From Alphaproteobacteria bacterium (GTDB taxonomy: Bacteria > Pseudomonadota > Alphaproteobacteria > UBA2966): a DNA stretch of 64,000 nt. Below the pieces are notes generated by a model. That model did no database searches, was not told where the DNA came from, and worked only from the letters and a program-made list of their open reading frames with translations. Both the position numbers and the translations under genes were made by a program. Every line of letters begins with the position of its first letter. Position 1 is the stretch's first letter. Of the stretch, positions 20,346 to 32,331 are shown piece after piece. Location: positions 2,368,001 through 2,432,000 of the forward strand of contig OZ219856.1 of NCBI GenBank assembly GCA_964291395.2, given 5' to 3'.

Positions 20346-22403
20346 TCAAGACCGACCCGAACCATCATGGCCTTCAAAATCCAGCAACTTGACACCTTCC
20401 TCCACGAGATCCCCGACATCGAAATGGATGGTTCCGACAACCCCGTCAGCAGGGGCAACGATCGTGTGCTCCATCTTCATCGCCTCGATGACCGCGAGTC
20501 CGGCCCCCTTCCTGACGCGATCACCTTGACCGGCGAGGATGCCGCTGACCTTGCCGGGCAAAGGTGCGGCAACGGTCAGGTCGACGTAATCGGCCGCCGC
20601 AATGGCGGCCGTGGGATCTTCCAAGGACAGGCGATGCGTATGTCCGTCGTCATCCACGATCCAGAGCTCATCTCCCGACCGGTATATCGAGACAACGATC
20701 CGAACGCCATCGAGGTTTGCGTGGAGCCGGCGCCCTTCTTCCAGATCTCCGTTAGCGACCACCGGGCCGTCGGGAAGATCCATTTCGTATGCCGAGATTC
20801 CGCGGGCCCGCGGCCGCACCGTCAGCGATACGCGACCTCCATCCTGCCGGCGGCCGGAGTCGACGAAGACGATCTCTTCAATCGCCGGGCCATTCAACCG
20901 CCAACCGTCGCATCGCCTCCACGGCGAGTAGCGATCCGTCGAATTCCAGTCACTGTCGGCCTCCCCGGCGTTGCGGTCCGCGAGAACGGCAAGGGCCGCC
21001 AGAGCCAATGTCTTGTCGCTCGCCGGCCCCGCCTTGGGGACCAAGTCGGCTAGGTGCCGGTCGATGAAGCCCGTGTCCAGCGCGGCGTTTCCGAATTCCC
21101 GGTGATTGGCGATACGGAGCAAAAAATCCCGGTTGGTAACCAAGCCGATGACATGGAGCCCGGCCAACGCGCCGGACAGCCTTCGCACCGCCCTTGCCCG
21201 ATCATCGTCCCACACGATGACCTTGGCGATCAGCGGGTCGTAATACGGCGTGATGCTGTCTCCAGCCACGACCCCCGCGTCAATACGTATGTGAGGGCCT
21301 TCGTCGGGAAGCCGCAAATGAGACAATCGCCCCGGCGACGGGAGAAAGCGCTTGGCCGGGTTCTCCGCATAGATCCGTGCCTCGATCGCGTGCCCCGCGA
21401 GGAAGACGTCATTCTGCGTCAACGGAAGAGGGTCCCCGGCCGCGACGCCGAGCTGCCATTCCACCAAGTCGAGGCCAGTCACCAACTCGGTCACCGGGTG
21501 TTCGACCTGCAGACGCGTGTTCATCTCCATGAAGTAGAAGCCGGACGCGCCCAGGCCTGCCTTGCCATCGACGATGAATTCCACGGTCCCCGCACCGACA
21601 TAGTCGATGGCACGGGCCACATCCACCGCTGCCTGTCCCATCGCGGAACGCGTCTCGACCGTCATGCCGGGTGCCGGCGCTTCTTCGATCACTTTTTGAT
21701 GGCGGCGCTGGAGCGAACACTCCCGTTCGAACAGATGGATCACATTGCCATGCGTGTCCCCGAAGACCTGTACCTCAATGTGACGCGCGTTCGTCAGGTA
21801 TCGCTCGACGAGCACACGATCGTCGCCGAATCCGGACGTTGCTTCGCGTTTGGCCCCGGCCAGGGCCCTCATAAAGTCATCTTCCTCCTCGACAATTCGC
21901 ATGCCACGTCCGCCGCCACCTGCGCAGGCCTTGATGAGGACGGGGAATCCAATCTCTCTCGCCGCGCCGAGCAGGCCTTCTTCCGACTGGTCGTCGCCGT
22001 GGTAACCGGGCACCACTGGAACACCCGCCTCCTTCATGATGGACTTGGCGGTATGCTTGGCCGCCATGGCGCGTATGGCCCGGGGCGGCGGGCCAACAAA
22101 GGTCACACCCGCGGCGAAACAAGCCTCCGCGAACTCGGCGTTTTCCGACAAGAACCCGTATCCGGGATGAACGGCGTCCGCACCTGCCCGAACCGCGGCC
22201 GCAACGATTGCCTCGCTCTTGAGGTAACTCTCGGCGGCCGCAGCTCCGCCGATACGTACCGCTTCATCCGCCATCATCACGTGTTGCGCCCCGACATCCG
22301 CGTCGGAGTAGACCGCGACCGTCCGAAGCCCAAGCCGGTGCGCGGTGCGCGCGATGCGGCAAGCGATCTCACCGCGATTGGCGATCAGGAGTTTGTCGAA
22401 CAT
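20346..22403 (-). CDS. mccA: 3-methylcrotonyl-CoA carboxylase alpha (biotin carboxylase + biotin carrier)
   Basis: MFDKLLIANRGEIA, HPGYGFLSEN, RECSLQRRHQK, EMNTRLQVEH, EAMKMEH; adjacent to mccB. Confidence 0.9.
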   Translation of the reverse strand: MFDKLLIANRGEIACRIARTAHRLGLRTVAVYSDADVGAQHVMMADEAVRIGGAAAAESYLKSEAIVAAAVRAGADAVHPGYGFLSENAEFAEACFAAGVTFVGPPPRAIRAMAAKHTAKSIMKEAGVPVVPGYHGDDQSEEGLLGAAREIGFPVLIKACAGGGGRGMRIVEEEDDFMRALAGAKREATSGFGDDRVLVERYLTNARHIEVQVFGDTHGNVIHLFERECSLQRRHQKVIEEAPAPGMTVETRSAMGQAAVDVARAIDYVGAGTVEFIVDGKAGLGASGFYFMEMNTRLQVEHPVTELVTGLDLVEWQLGVAAGDPLPLTQNDVFLAGHAIEARIYAENPAKRFLPSPGRLSHLRLPDEGPHIRIDAGVVAGDSITPYYDPLIAKVIVWDDDRARAVRRLSGALAGLHVIGLVTNRDFLLRIANHREFGNAALDTGFIDRHLADLVPKAGPASDKTLALAALAVLADRNAGEADSDWNSTDRYSPWRRCDGWRLNGPAIEEIVFVDSGRRQDGGRVSLTVRPRARGISAYEMDLPDGPVVANGDLEEGRRLHANLDGVRIVVSIYRSGDELWIVDDDGHTHRLSLEDPTAAIAAADYVDLTVAAPLPGKVSGILAGQGDRVRKGAGLAVIEAMKMEHTIVAPADGVVGTIHFDVGDLVEEGVKLLDFEGHDGSGRS

Positions 22404-22510
22404 GGCGTACTTTGGCGGTCGGAGAGGCTCAAATGCGTGGACTTCCACGAACGAAGGTCATCGGTCAGGACATGGGACATTCAATCCCGGCGTTACCGCG
22501 TTCCTGCCAC

Positions 22511-24118
<1,608 letters not shown>

Positions 24119-24226
24119 GGCAGGAGCGTAACACGCTTGCAAAGACGTACGGAAAATTAAGTAAACATAACCATTTAGCGCAATATGTCCACAGATGGCG
24201 GGTGAACCAGAGGAGAACCAGAATCC

Positions 24227-25009
24227 ATGGCCTATGCGGCATTCGATTTGACAGGCAAAGTCGCGCTGATCACAGGCGGCAACCGGGGGATCGGCCTCGG
24301 CATGGCCGACGCACTCGCCCAGGCGGGTGCCGACGTCTGCATCTGGGGGCGTGACGCGACGCGCAACGGGTCAGCGGTGAAGTGGTTGGAGCGACACGGC
24401 ACGCGCGTCGCCGGATCCGTCTGCGATGTCTCCGACGAAGCCCAGGTATCCTCGTCTCTCGAAAACTGCCTCGCCGAGTTCGGCCGCATCGATGGGTGTT
24501 TTGCCAACGCCGGCGTATTGGGAGGCGCAAAATCCTTGTTCGACATCTCATCGGACGATTGGCGCGGGGTCCTCGGAGTCAACCTCGACGGCGCCTTTTT
24601 CACGCTGAAGGCGGCAGCCGAACACATGAAATCGCGCGCCGAAACGGGCGATCCCGGTGGACGTCTGGTCGTCACCTCGAGCTTGGCGTCCATCTCCGGT
24701 GCCGCACGAAACGAGCATTACGCGGCCACCAAGGGCGGCGTCACCGCCATGATGAAGGCACTGTCCGTCGAACTCGCCCGCTACGGCGTAACGGCGAATG
24801 CGATCCTGCCGGGATGGATCGAGACGGACATGACGGAAAAGGCCATGGCCAACGAGAAATTCGCTGCCAACGTCATGCCACGAATCCCCGTGCGCCGCTG
24901 GGGCCAGCCGGAAGACTTCGGCGGCATCGCCGTCTACCTGATGAGCGACGCCAGCGCCTATCACACCGGTGACGAGATCCTCATCGACGGAGGCTATTTC
25001 CTGTTCTGA
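24227..25009 (+). CDS. SDR family oxidoreductase
   Basis: [25 protein letters not shown]. Confidence 0.93.
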   Translation: MAYAAFDLTGKVALITGGNRGIGLGMADALAQAGADVCIWGRDATRNGSAVKWLERHGTRVAGSVCDVSDEAQVSSSLENCLAEFGRIDGCFANAGVLGGAKSLFDISSDDWRGVLGVNLDGAFFTLKAAAEHMKSRAETGDPGGRLVVTSSLASISGAARNEHYAATKGGVTAMMKALSVELARYGVTANAILPGWIETDMTEKAMANEKFAANVMPRIPVRRWGQPEDFGGIAVYLMSDASAYHTGDEILIDGGYFLF

Positions 25010-25061
25010 GAGGGGATCGTCCTTCGGACATCAACTCCGGCTTCGGAGACACCGGCGGCAG

Positions 25062-25667
25062 CTACCAACCGCCCGTCGCGAGCCACTCGTCGACCTCGTC
25101 CAATCGGTCATTACCCCAGAAGGACTCGCCATCGACGACGATGAACGGCGAACCGAACACGCCGCGGGCGATGGCATTGTCGGTGGCCTCTCGAAGCATG
25201 TCCTTTACGGCTTGATTCTGGACGGCCGCCATCACGTCGTCGAAGTCCACATCACCCTCCGCTGCCGCGATTCCGGCCACGACCTCGGCCTGGGTGACGT
25301 CCCTGCCCTCGCCGAAATAGGCGTGGTAGATGGCCCGGGCGAAGGCCTTGGCCTTGTCCGGGTCGTTGCCGCGCAACCAATAGTAGGCGCGTTGGGCCGT
25401 GATCGTGTTGGGAGGAAAGTTGTCCGGCAGCATGAACGGGACTCCGAGACGGCGCGCCGTGCGGAAGCAGTCGTGCTTGAAGTACACCCCTTTCAGGGGA
25501 TAGAGGGACAGGGGCTGCGTACCTTCGGTCTTGAAGACGGCACCGAGGAGCATTGGCCGCCAAATCACCTCGCGACCGTGTTTCGCCGCGACGTCGTCCA
25601 CGCGCAGACTGGCGAGATAGCCATACGGCGATCCGAAGTCGAAATAGAAATCAATGGGTGCAGCCAT
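25062..25667 (-). CDS. 2-hydroxychromene-2-carboxylate isomerase/DsbA-like (GST-kappa) protein
   Basis: FYFDFGSPYGY, GVFGSP, FWGNDRL. Confidence 0.9.
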   Translation of the reverse strand: MAAPIDFYFDFGSPYGYLASLRVDDVAAKHGREVIWRPMLLGAVFKTEGTQPLSLYPLKGVYFKHDCFRTARRLGVPFMLPDNFPPNTITAQRAYYWLRGNDPDKAKAFARAIYHAYFGEGRDVTQAEVVAGIAAAEGDVDFDDVMAAVQNQAVKDMLREATDNAIARGVFGSPFIVVDGESFWGNDRLDEVDEWLATGGW

Positions 25668-25672
25668 GCGTC

Positions 25673-26809
25673 TTAGTCTCCTGAGATTGCACGCGAGATA
25701 ACCAGGCGCTGAACGTCGCTGGTGCCTTCATATATCTGGCACACGCGCACGTCCCGGTAAATCCGCTCGACCGGATAGTCGGCAAGATACCCATAGCCTC
25801 CATGCACCTGGATGGCATGGGAACACACGCTCTCCGCCATCTCGGAGGCAAACAGCTTGGCCATCGAGGCTTCTTTCAGGCAGGGACGACCAGCATCACG
25901 CAGTTGGGCCACGTGCAGGACCATCTGCCGGGCAGCCTCGATCTGCGTTGCCATGTCGGCGAGCCGAAAGGCCACAGCCTGATGCCCGACGATCGCCTTG
26001 CCGAAAGACGTCCGCTCCCGAGCGTAAGCCAATGCCGATTCGTAGGCCGCGCGAGCCATACCCACGGACTGTGCCGCGACTCCGATACGCCCGCCTTCCA
26101 GGTTTGACAGCGCAATACGATATCCCTCCCCCGGCCGGCCCAGCATCAGATCCGGCGTGATCTCCATGTCCTCAAATACGATCTGACAGGTATCCGAGGA
26201 ACGCTGGCCCAGTTTTTCCTCTTTGCGGGCCACGCGATAGCCGGGTAAATCGGTGGGCACGAGGAAGGCGGAAATCCCCTTATTGCCGGAATCCGGGTCG
26301 GTCACCGCGAACGTCAACATGACGTCGGCGGTCTCACCCGACGTGATGAACTGTTTGGTTCCCGAGAGGATGTACCGGTTGCCGTCGAGAGTCGCCCGCA
26401 CCCGCAGATTGGAGGCGTCGGAGCCGGCCTGTGGTTCCGTGAGAGCGAATCCGCCCCGCATGGCTCCGCTGGCGAGGGGCCGAAGGAATCGTTCCTTCTG
26501 TTCCCTGGAACCGCTATTCAGGATCGGCACGTTCACGACCGAGTTCTGCACGCTCATGATCGTGCTGCAGCCACCGTCCCCGGCGGCGATCTCTTCAAGC
26601 GCCAGCGCGTAAGAGACGTGTCCGGTATTGGATCCATCCCACGCCTCCGGAACCAGCATCCCGAGGAAGCCGAGTTCTCCCATGCGGTGAACGGCCTCTG
26701 CGGGAAATTCCGCGTTGCGGTCCCATTCCGGCGCGTGTGGCGTGAGCTCGGCTTCGGCAAACTCCCGGGCCGTGGCGCGGATCATCTCCTGTTCTTCGGT
26801 CAATATCAT
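25673..26809 (-). CDS. acyl-CoA dehydrogenase
   Basis: [41 protein letters not shown]. Confidence 0.95.
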   Translation of the reverse strand: MILTEEQEMIRATAREFAEAELTPHAPEWDRNAEFPAEAVHRMGELGFLGMLVPEAWDGSNTGHVSYALALEEIAAGDGGCSTIMSVQNSVVNVPILNSGSREQKERFLRPLASGAMRGGFALTEPQAGSDASNLRVRATLDGNRYILSGTKQFITSGETADVMLTFAVTDPDSGNKGISAFLVPTDLPGYRVARKEEKLGQRSSDTCQIVFEDMEITPDLMLGRPGEGYRIALSNLEGGRIGVAAQSVGMARAAYESALAYARERTSFGKAIVGHQAVAFRLADMATQIEAARQMVLHVAQLRDAGRPCLKEASMAKLFASEMAESVCSHAIQVHGGYGYLADYPVERIYRDVRVCQIYEGTSDVQRLVISRAISGD

Positions 26810-26904
26810 GGGACGTCGCCTTCCCGGCTACGGCGTCTTCACCTCGGGAATCGATCGGCATTTCGACCGCTTCCATGGGATTGCGTAGGACCACGGGCCG
26901 CCAA

Positions 26905-27288
26905 CTAGGGACCGCGATATGCGGTGACCTCGATCTCGACCTTCATGCGCGGGTCGACGAGTCGCGCCTCAACCGTCGTATTGGCGGGATTGATGCCCTT
27001 GAAGTGCGTTCCGATGACCGGCGCAACGGCCTCGAAGTCCTCGCGATCGGCAAGATAAACGACGATCCGAACGACATCGTGGAGTCTGAATCCGGCTTCA
27101 TGGAGCAGCCAGTCGATGAGCTTGAAGGCCTGTTCGGTTTGTTCTGCCGGATCCTCGGAAATGCTGTCCGTTTCAGGGTCGTAACCGGTGCAACCAGAAG
27201 CGAACACCCAGTCACCCTGGACGACCGCTCGCGAGAAGCTGGCGATCTTCTCGTAGGGCGAGCTGGTCGAGATAAACTGGCGGTTCAT
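26905..27288 (-). CDS. RidA family protein
   Basis: [24 protein letters not shown]. Confidence 0.88.
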   Translation of the reverse strand: MNRQFISTSSPYEKIASFSRAVVQGDWVFASGCTGYDPETDSISEDPAEQTEQAFKLIDWLLHEAGFRLHDVVRIVVYLADREDFEAVAPVIGTHFKGINPANTTVEARLVDPRMKVEIEVTAYRGP

Positions 27289-27299
27289 CGGCCGAGGTC

Positions 27300-28490
27300 T
27301 CAACCCAGGCGCTCCACCGCGACGGCCGTCGCCTCGCCGCCACCGATGCAGAGCCCGGCGATGCCGCGCTTCACGTCCGCCCGCTCCATCGCGCCGAGCA
27401 GCGTGACCATGATACGCGCGCCCGTCGCACCGAGGGGATGGCCGAGCGCGCAGGCACCACCGTGCACGTTGACTTTTTCGTGATCGAGACCGAGGTCGCG
27501 CATGGCAACCATGGTAACGACCGCGAATGCCTCGTTGACTTCGTAGAGGTCGGCGTCGTCGGTGGACCAGCCGATCCTGTCCAGCAAACTCTCGATGGCC
27601 CCGACCGGCGCGGTCGTAAATCTCTTCGGCTCACGGGAATCCGTCGCGTGACCGACAATGCGGGCAAGCGGCGTAATCCCCCGACGTTCCGCTTCGGACT
27701 CCCGCATCAGAACCAGCGCGGCGGCGCCGTCCGAGATCGCGCTCGAGTTCGCCGCGGTGACGGTGCCGTCCGTGGCGAACGCCGGACGAAGCCTCGGGAC
27801 ATTGTCAGGATCGACCGAGAAGGGGTGCTCGTCCCGAGTCACCGTGTTGACGCCCTCGCGTGTCTTCACGGCGACAGGGGTGATCTCGTCGTCGAACCAC
27901 CCCTCTTCCGCAGCTTTTCGGGCGCGGCTGAGCGATTCGATGGCGTAGGCATCCTGGTCGTCACGCGAGAATTGGTAGTCTTGCGCCGTCTCGTCCGCGT
28001 AGGTTCCCATCAGGCGGCCCGGTTCATAAGCGTCTTCCAGGCCATCGAGAAACATGTGGTCCTTCATTTCACCGTGACCCATGCGCAAACCGCGTCGCAC
28101 CTTTTGCATCAGGTATGGCGCGTTGCTCATGCTTTCGAGGCCGCCGGCCACGACGATATCGTCGGTTCCCACCTCGATCAGGTCGTTACCCAGCATCGCA
28201 GCCTTCATGCCCGATCCGCACATCTTGTTGATCGTCATGGCAGCGACGTCTACGGGAATGCCTGCTCGGATCGCCGCCTGACGCGCGGGTGCCTGGCCGA
28301 GACCCGCCGGCAGGACACAGCCCATGATGACTTCATCGACATCACCCGCCGGCACATCGGCGCGCTCGAGAGCGGCCTTGATCGCCACGGCGCCGAGCTC
28401 CGGCGCGGAAGAGGCGCTCAGGCCTCCTTGGAAATCTCCAATCGGGGTTCGCGCCATGCCGGCGATGACGATGGGATCCTTGTCGCTCAT
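27300..28490 (-). CDS. acetyl-CoA C-acyltransferase (thiolase)
   Basis: [34 protein letters not shown]; start MSDKDP at 28490. Confidence 0.95.
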   Translation of the reverse strand: MSDKDPIVIAGMARTPIGDFQGGLSASSAPELGAVAIKAALERADVPAGDVDEVIMGCVLPAGLGQAPARQAAIRAGIPVDVAAMTINKMCGSGMKAAMLGNDLIEVGTDDIVVAGGLESMSNAPYLMQKVRRGLRMGHGEMKDHMFLDGLEDAYEPGRLMGTYADETAQDYQFSRDDQDAYAIESLSRARKAAEEGWFDDEITPVAVKTREGVNTVTRDEHPFSVDPDNVPRLRPAFATDGTVTAANSSAISDGAAALVLMRESEAERRGITPLARIVGHATDSREPKRFTTAPVGAIESLLDRIGWSTDDADLYEVNEAFAVVTMVAMRDLGLDHEKVNVHGGACALGHPLGATGARIMVTLLGAMERADVKRGIAGLCIGGGEATAVAVERLG

Positions 28491-28528
28491 GATTTTCTCC
28501 CCGCGTTTTTTCCACATCTCAAGGGATA

Positions 28529-29701
28529 CTACGCCGTCTCCTCGAACAGTTCGCGTCCGATCAGCATGCGGCGAATCTCGCTGGTTCCGGCGCCGATCTC
28601 GTAGAGCTTGGCATCGCGCAGAAGACGGCCCGTCGAGAACGCGTTGATATAGCCGTTTCCACCAAGGCACTGGATCGCCTCGAGCGCCATCCAGGTGGCC
28701 TTCTCCGAGGCGTAGAGGATGGCCCCGGCGGCGTCCTTCCGAGTGGTCTCGCCCCGATCACAGGCCCGGCTCACGGAATATACGTAGGCCCGGCAGGCGT
28801 TCATCGTCGTGTACATGTCGGCAAGCTTGCCCTGCATGAGCTGAAACTCACCGATGGGCTTGCCGAACTGCCGGCGCTCATGCACGTACGGGATGACGAT
28901 ATCCATGCACGATCGCATGATCCCGAGGGGACCAGCGGCGAGCACGACACGCTCGTAATCAAGTCCACTCATCAGTACTTCGACGCCACCACCGACGGTG
29001 CCGAGCACGTTCTCCTCCGGTACGTCGCAATCCTGAAACACGAGCTCGCACGTGTTGGAGCCCCGCATGCCCAACTTGTCGAGCTTCTGCGCCGTCGAGA
29101 ATCCCGGGAAAGCCTTCTCGACGAGAAAGGCCGTGATACCGCGTGAACCCCCATCCGGATCGGTCTTGGCGTAGACGACGAGAACGTCCGCATCGGGACC
29201 ATTGGTGATCCACATCTTGGTGCCGTTGAGCACGTATCGATCACCCTTCTCTTCGGCGCGGAGTTTCATGCCAACGACATCGGATCCGGCTCCCGGCTCG
29301 CTCATGGCGAGCGCGCCGACATGCTCGCCCGAAATGAGTTTCGGCAGGTAGCGGCGCTTTTGCTCGTCAGAGCCGTTGCGGCGGATCTGGTTGACGCAAA
29401 GGTTCGAATGGGCGCCATAAGAGAGTCCGACCGAAGCGGAGGCACGGCTGATCTCCTCCATGGCGACGACGTGCTCGAGATATCCCATGCCGGCGCCGCC
29501 CAACTCCTCCTCGACCGTAACCCCGAGAAGACCGAGTTCTCCCATCTTGGACCAGAGGTCCACGGGGAACTCATTGGTCTCGTCGATCACCGCCGCCCGG
29601 GGTGCGATCTCGTCGGCGGCAAAGCTCATAACCGAGTCGCGCAGCAAGTCGGCATCGTCGCCGAGGTCGAAGTCGAGCGTGGGCCAGCGGTTAGGGATCA
29701 T
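28529..29701 (-). CDS. ivd: isovaleryl-CoA dehydrogenase
   Basis: [46 protein letters not shown]. Confidence 0.94.
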   Translation of the reverse strand: MIPNRWPTLDFDLGDDADLLRDSVMSFAADEIAPRAAVIDETNEFPVDLWSKMGELGLLGVTVEEELGGAGMGYLEHVVAMEEISRASASVGLSYGAHSNLCVNQIRRNGSDEQKRRYLPKLISGEHVGALAMSEPGAGSDVVGMKLRAEEKGDRYVLNGTKMWITNGPDADVLVVYAKTDPDGGSRGITAFLVEKAFPGFSTAQKLDKLGMRGSNTCELVFQDCDVPEENVLGTVGGGVEVLMSGLDYERVVLAAGPLGIMRSCMDIVIPYVHERRQFGKPIGEFQLMQGKLADMYTTMNACRAYVYSVSRACDRGETTRKDAAGAILYASEKATWMALEAIQCLGGNGYINAFSTGRLLRDAKLYEIGAGTSEIRRMLIGRELFEETA

Positions 29702-29789
29702 ATATTCGACTCTAGCGCGTAATGGGAGGTTTCGAAATCGTCCCGGGGTCGGACCTCGGGCCTGATCCCGGACCCGACCCCGATCAACT

Positions 29790-30103
29790 CTCCACGGTGC
29801 CGATCGGGATCGTCGGTTGTACCCAGCATTAGCATCGGGGTTTAAAGGACGATGGCGCAGAGCCGCGCGTCACCCGGCCGGACTGCAAATACCGTGGCCT
29901 CGCACACCGTCAGCGTACGATCCGGCCGGACGACCTCGCTCCGGCAACCTGCGCTTCTCACTTGCCCGGCGCGACGAGAGCTCGACCCTGCCGGGCCGCA
30001 CCGTCGTCGGTTCCGTTCCGATACGGTGCATAAAGGCTTGGCGGTCGAAGCCGTTCCGGATGCGCGCTTCGAAGGTTGGATTCCGCGGTGTACAGGCGTT
30101 CAT
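29790..30103 (-). pseudogene. PaaI-family thioesterase pseudogene (internal deletion, frameshift, stop)
   Basis: N-terminal PRNPTFEARIRNGFDRQAFM..PGRVEL in one frame; C-terminal EVVRPDRTLTVCEATVFAV..RLCAIVL* (29937-29842) in another; central segment missing. Confidence 0.75.
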
Positions 30104-30116
30104 CGAATCGAACCGT

Positions 30117-31490
30117 TCACAGCAAGAACCAGGCCCCGAGCCCGAGGAAAGCGAAGAAACCGACCACGTCGGTCACGGTAGTCACGAATACAGTGGCCGC
30201 CACGGCAGGATCGATGCCGAACCGGTCGAAGCCCAAGGGAATGAGGATCCCGGCCAGTGCCGCGACGATCATGTTGATGATCATAGCAATAGCGATCACG
30301 CCCCCGAGCGCGATGCCACCGAACCAGACAGCGGCGATCGCCGCGACGAGGGCGGCGAACAGCACTCCATTGACGAAGCCGACGACCAACTCCTTGCTGA
30401 CGATGCGAAAGGCGTTGGTCACGGTCAGATCGCGGGTCGCCAGGGCGCGGACCGTAACCGTCATGGTCTGGGTCCCCGCGTTACCGCCCATGGATGCGAC
30501 AATCGGCATCAGAATGGCCAGGGCCACGACTTGCTCGATGGTCGCCCCGAAGAGGGAGATCACGATCGAAGCGAGAACCGCCGTCCCCAAGTTCACCAGG
30601 AGCCACAGGAAACGCCGTTTGGTGGTCTCCGCGACGGTCCAGAATATGTCACTCTCGCCCACACCGGCGAGGCGCATGATGTCCTCTTCCGCCTCCTCGT
30701 GGATGACGTCGACCACGTCATCCACCATGATCGCACCGATCAGGCGGTTGGACTCGTCGACCACACCGGCGGAGGTGAGATCGTACTGCTGGAAGTGATA
30801 GGCCACCTCTTCCTGGTCCATCTCAGCCGGGATCAGGATAGGCTCCGACTCCATGATGTCGCCGATGAGAACCGGTCGCTTGGTGCGCATGGCGCGATAG
30901 AGGGGTACGGTCCCCATTGGACGATGAGACGGATCGATCACGAAGATCTCGTAGAACTCGTCCGGCAGGTCGTCGGTCTGACGCATGTAGTCGATGGTTT
31001 GACCGACCGTCCAATAGGCGGGGATCGCGACGAAATCGCGCTGCATGAGACGGCCCGCGCTGTCTTCGGGGAAGGCGAGGCCTGCCTCGATCTGAAGCCG
31101 CTCAAACGCGGGCAGGGCCCTCAGAACTTCTTGCTGATCCTCTTCGTCGAGGTCCTCGAGCACATCGATGGCATCATCGACATCAAGCTCGGCCAGTGCG
31201 GCGGCAACGTCCTTCGTCCCAAGGTGCTCAACGACGTCGTCCCGCAGAGCCTCGCCCAGGTAGGGCAAGACCTCAGAGGCGACCAGGCCACGGATGACGT
31301 CCACCAGAATACGACGCTCATCCGGTTCGAGTTGCTCCACGAGATCCGCAACATCGGCGGAGTGCAGAGGTTCCACCAGGGCCCGCACCCCGTCGAGGTC
31401 GTTTTCATCGATCGCTTGAATTACCGCCTGCACATGTTCCGGCGACAGGCCGAGCGGCTCTTCCAGAGGCGCCTCCGGTTCGTCCGCCAC
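30117..31490 (-). CDS. mgtE: magnesium transporter MgtE
   Basis: DSAGRLM, CBS pair, VDDVVDVI, MPIVASMGGNAGTQ, DPAVA, TTVTDVVG; GTG start after GGAGG. Confidence 0.96.
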   Translation of the reverse strand: MADEPEAPLEEPLGLSPEHVQAVIQAIDENDLDGVRALVEPLHSADVADLVEQLEPDERRILVDVIRGLVASEVLPYLGEALRDDVVEHLGTKDVAAALAELDVDDAIDVLEDLDEEDQQEVLRALPAFERLQIEAGLAFPEDSAGRLMQRDFVAIPAYWTVGQTIDYMRQTDDLPDEFYEIFVIDPSHRPMGTVPLYRAMRTKRPVLIGDIMESEPILIPAEMDQEEVAYHFQQYDLTSAGVVDESNRLIGAIMVDDVVDVIHEEAEEDIMRLAGVGESDIFWTVAETTKRRFLWLLVNLGTAVLASIVISLFGATIEQVVALAILMPIVASMGGNAGTQTMTVTVRALATRDLTVTNAFRIVSKELVVGFVNGVLFAALVAAIAAVWFGGIALGGVIAIAMIINMIVAALAGILIPLGFDRFGIDPAVAATVFVTTVTDVVGFFAFLGLGAWFLL

Positions 31491-31667
31491 TTCCGCCTCC
31501 TGAACGCCGCGCGAAGCCGATAAGAGAACGCACCGGACTGGCCGATGGCCGCCGATGCCGGGCGGCATTATAGCGTTCGCATAGGCAAAAGCCCGTGCAA
31601 TCGCATCGACTTATGAACCTTTCGAAGAGCGCCAAGCCCGCGGCAATGCCACCTCGGACCCAAATGG

Positions 31668-31754
31668 TGGTGCGGTCGAGAAGACTCGAACTTCCACGGG
31701 CTCTCGCCCACAGCGACCTCAACGCTGCGCGTCTACCAGTTCCGCCACGACCGC
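31668..31754 (-). tRNA. tRNA-Leu (anticodon GAG), CCA encoded
   Basis: GCGGTCG-TGGCGGAACTGGTAGACGC-GCAGCG-TTGAGGT-CGCTG, long variable arm, GAAGTTCGAGTCTTC, CGACCGC-ACCA. Confidence 0.97.
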
Positions 31755-31768
31755 TTCGCCGTTGGCCG

Positions 31769-31797
31769 GAGATACCAAATCACAACCCTGCACGCAA
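31769..31797 (-). promoter_or_regulatory. sigma70-like promoter of tRNA-Leu
   Basis: TTGCGT-N17-TATCTC, 14 nt upstream of the tRNA. Confidence 0.5.
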
Positions 31798-31897
31798 GGA
31801 CTGCCCTGTCGGTCCGTTGCGTATTGCGCGGAGATCCGCGCGAGCGGCGGCAGCGATCAGATCCGTGCCCGTGCTGCCGCACGACCTCCCCGACCCC

Positions 31898-32182
31898 TCA
31901 GGCGCCGGCCGCCCTCCGAAGCGCCGCCGCCGGACGAAACTTCAATACCTTCGAAGCCTTGATCCGTATCTGCTCCCCCGTCCGAGGATTGCGGCCCTTG
32001 CGCGCCTTGCGCCGGACGATCGTGAAAGTGCCAAAATTGCCAATCCCGTAACGACCCTCCCTCTTCGACTTCCTCAGACCCGCCTCGATCTCACCCAAAA
32101 CCAGATCAACCGTCCGCCTCGCCGCCGCCTTGCTCATGCCGCCCTTCCGGGCAACGTTCTCAATCAGCACGGTCCTGCTCAT
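31898..32182 (-). CDS. HU family DNA-binding protein
   Basis: NFGTF..RKARKGRNPRTGEQIRIKASKVLKFRP; strong SD GAGGAGG. Confidence 0.93.
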   Translation of the reverse strand: MSRTVLIENVARKGGMSKAAARRTVDLVLGEIEAGLRKSKREGRYGIGNFGTFTIVRRKARKGRNPRTGEQIRIKASKVLKFRPAAALRRAAGA

Positions 32183-32219
32183 CTCTACCTCCTCTCGCGC
32201 CGTGCCCTCCCTCAACAAC

Positions 32220-32248
32220 ACTCTGCGCAATGACCCCACACCAGTCAA
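32220..32248 (-). promoter_or_regulatory. sigma70-like promoter of HU gene
   Basis: TTGACT-N17-CAGAGT. Confidence 0.5.
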
Positions 32249-32331
32249 CGACTGAAAAAAGGCGCTCCTGGAATTCCACGGCTCCATAGCTCATGGAGTA
32301 CCCAGTCCTGTCGGGTTGAAGTCTTCACGCC

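Noticed and set aside
24150-24180. TTAA..TAAC resembling a CtrA box, or a LiuR site, upstream of mccB
   Set aside because: Spacing and sequence fit neither TTAA-N7-TTAA nor the TTACGT..ACGTAA palindrome.
29745-29781. GGGGTCGG/CCGACCCC inverted repeat between paaI remnant and ivd
   Set aside because: A single GC-rich hairpin with no U-tract and no other copies seen; insufficient to call a terminator or repeat element.
31665-31670. tRNA-Leu ends in genome-encoded CCACCA
   Set aside because: A 3-nt repeat is easily chance. I saw no duplicated tRNA 3' end (att site) or integrase in the window.
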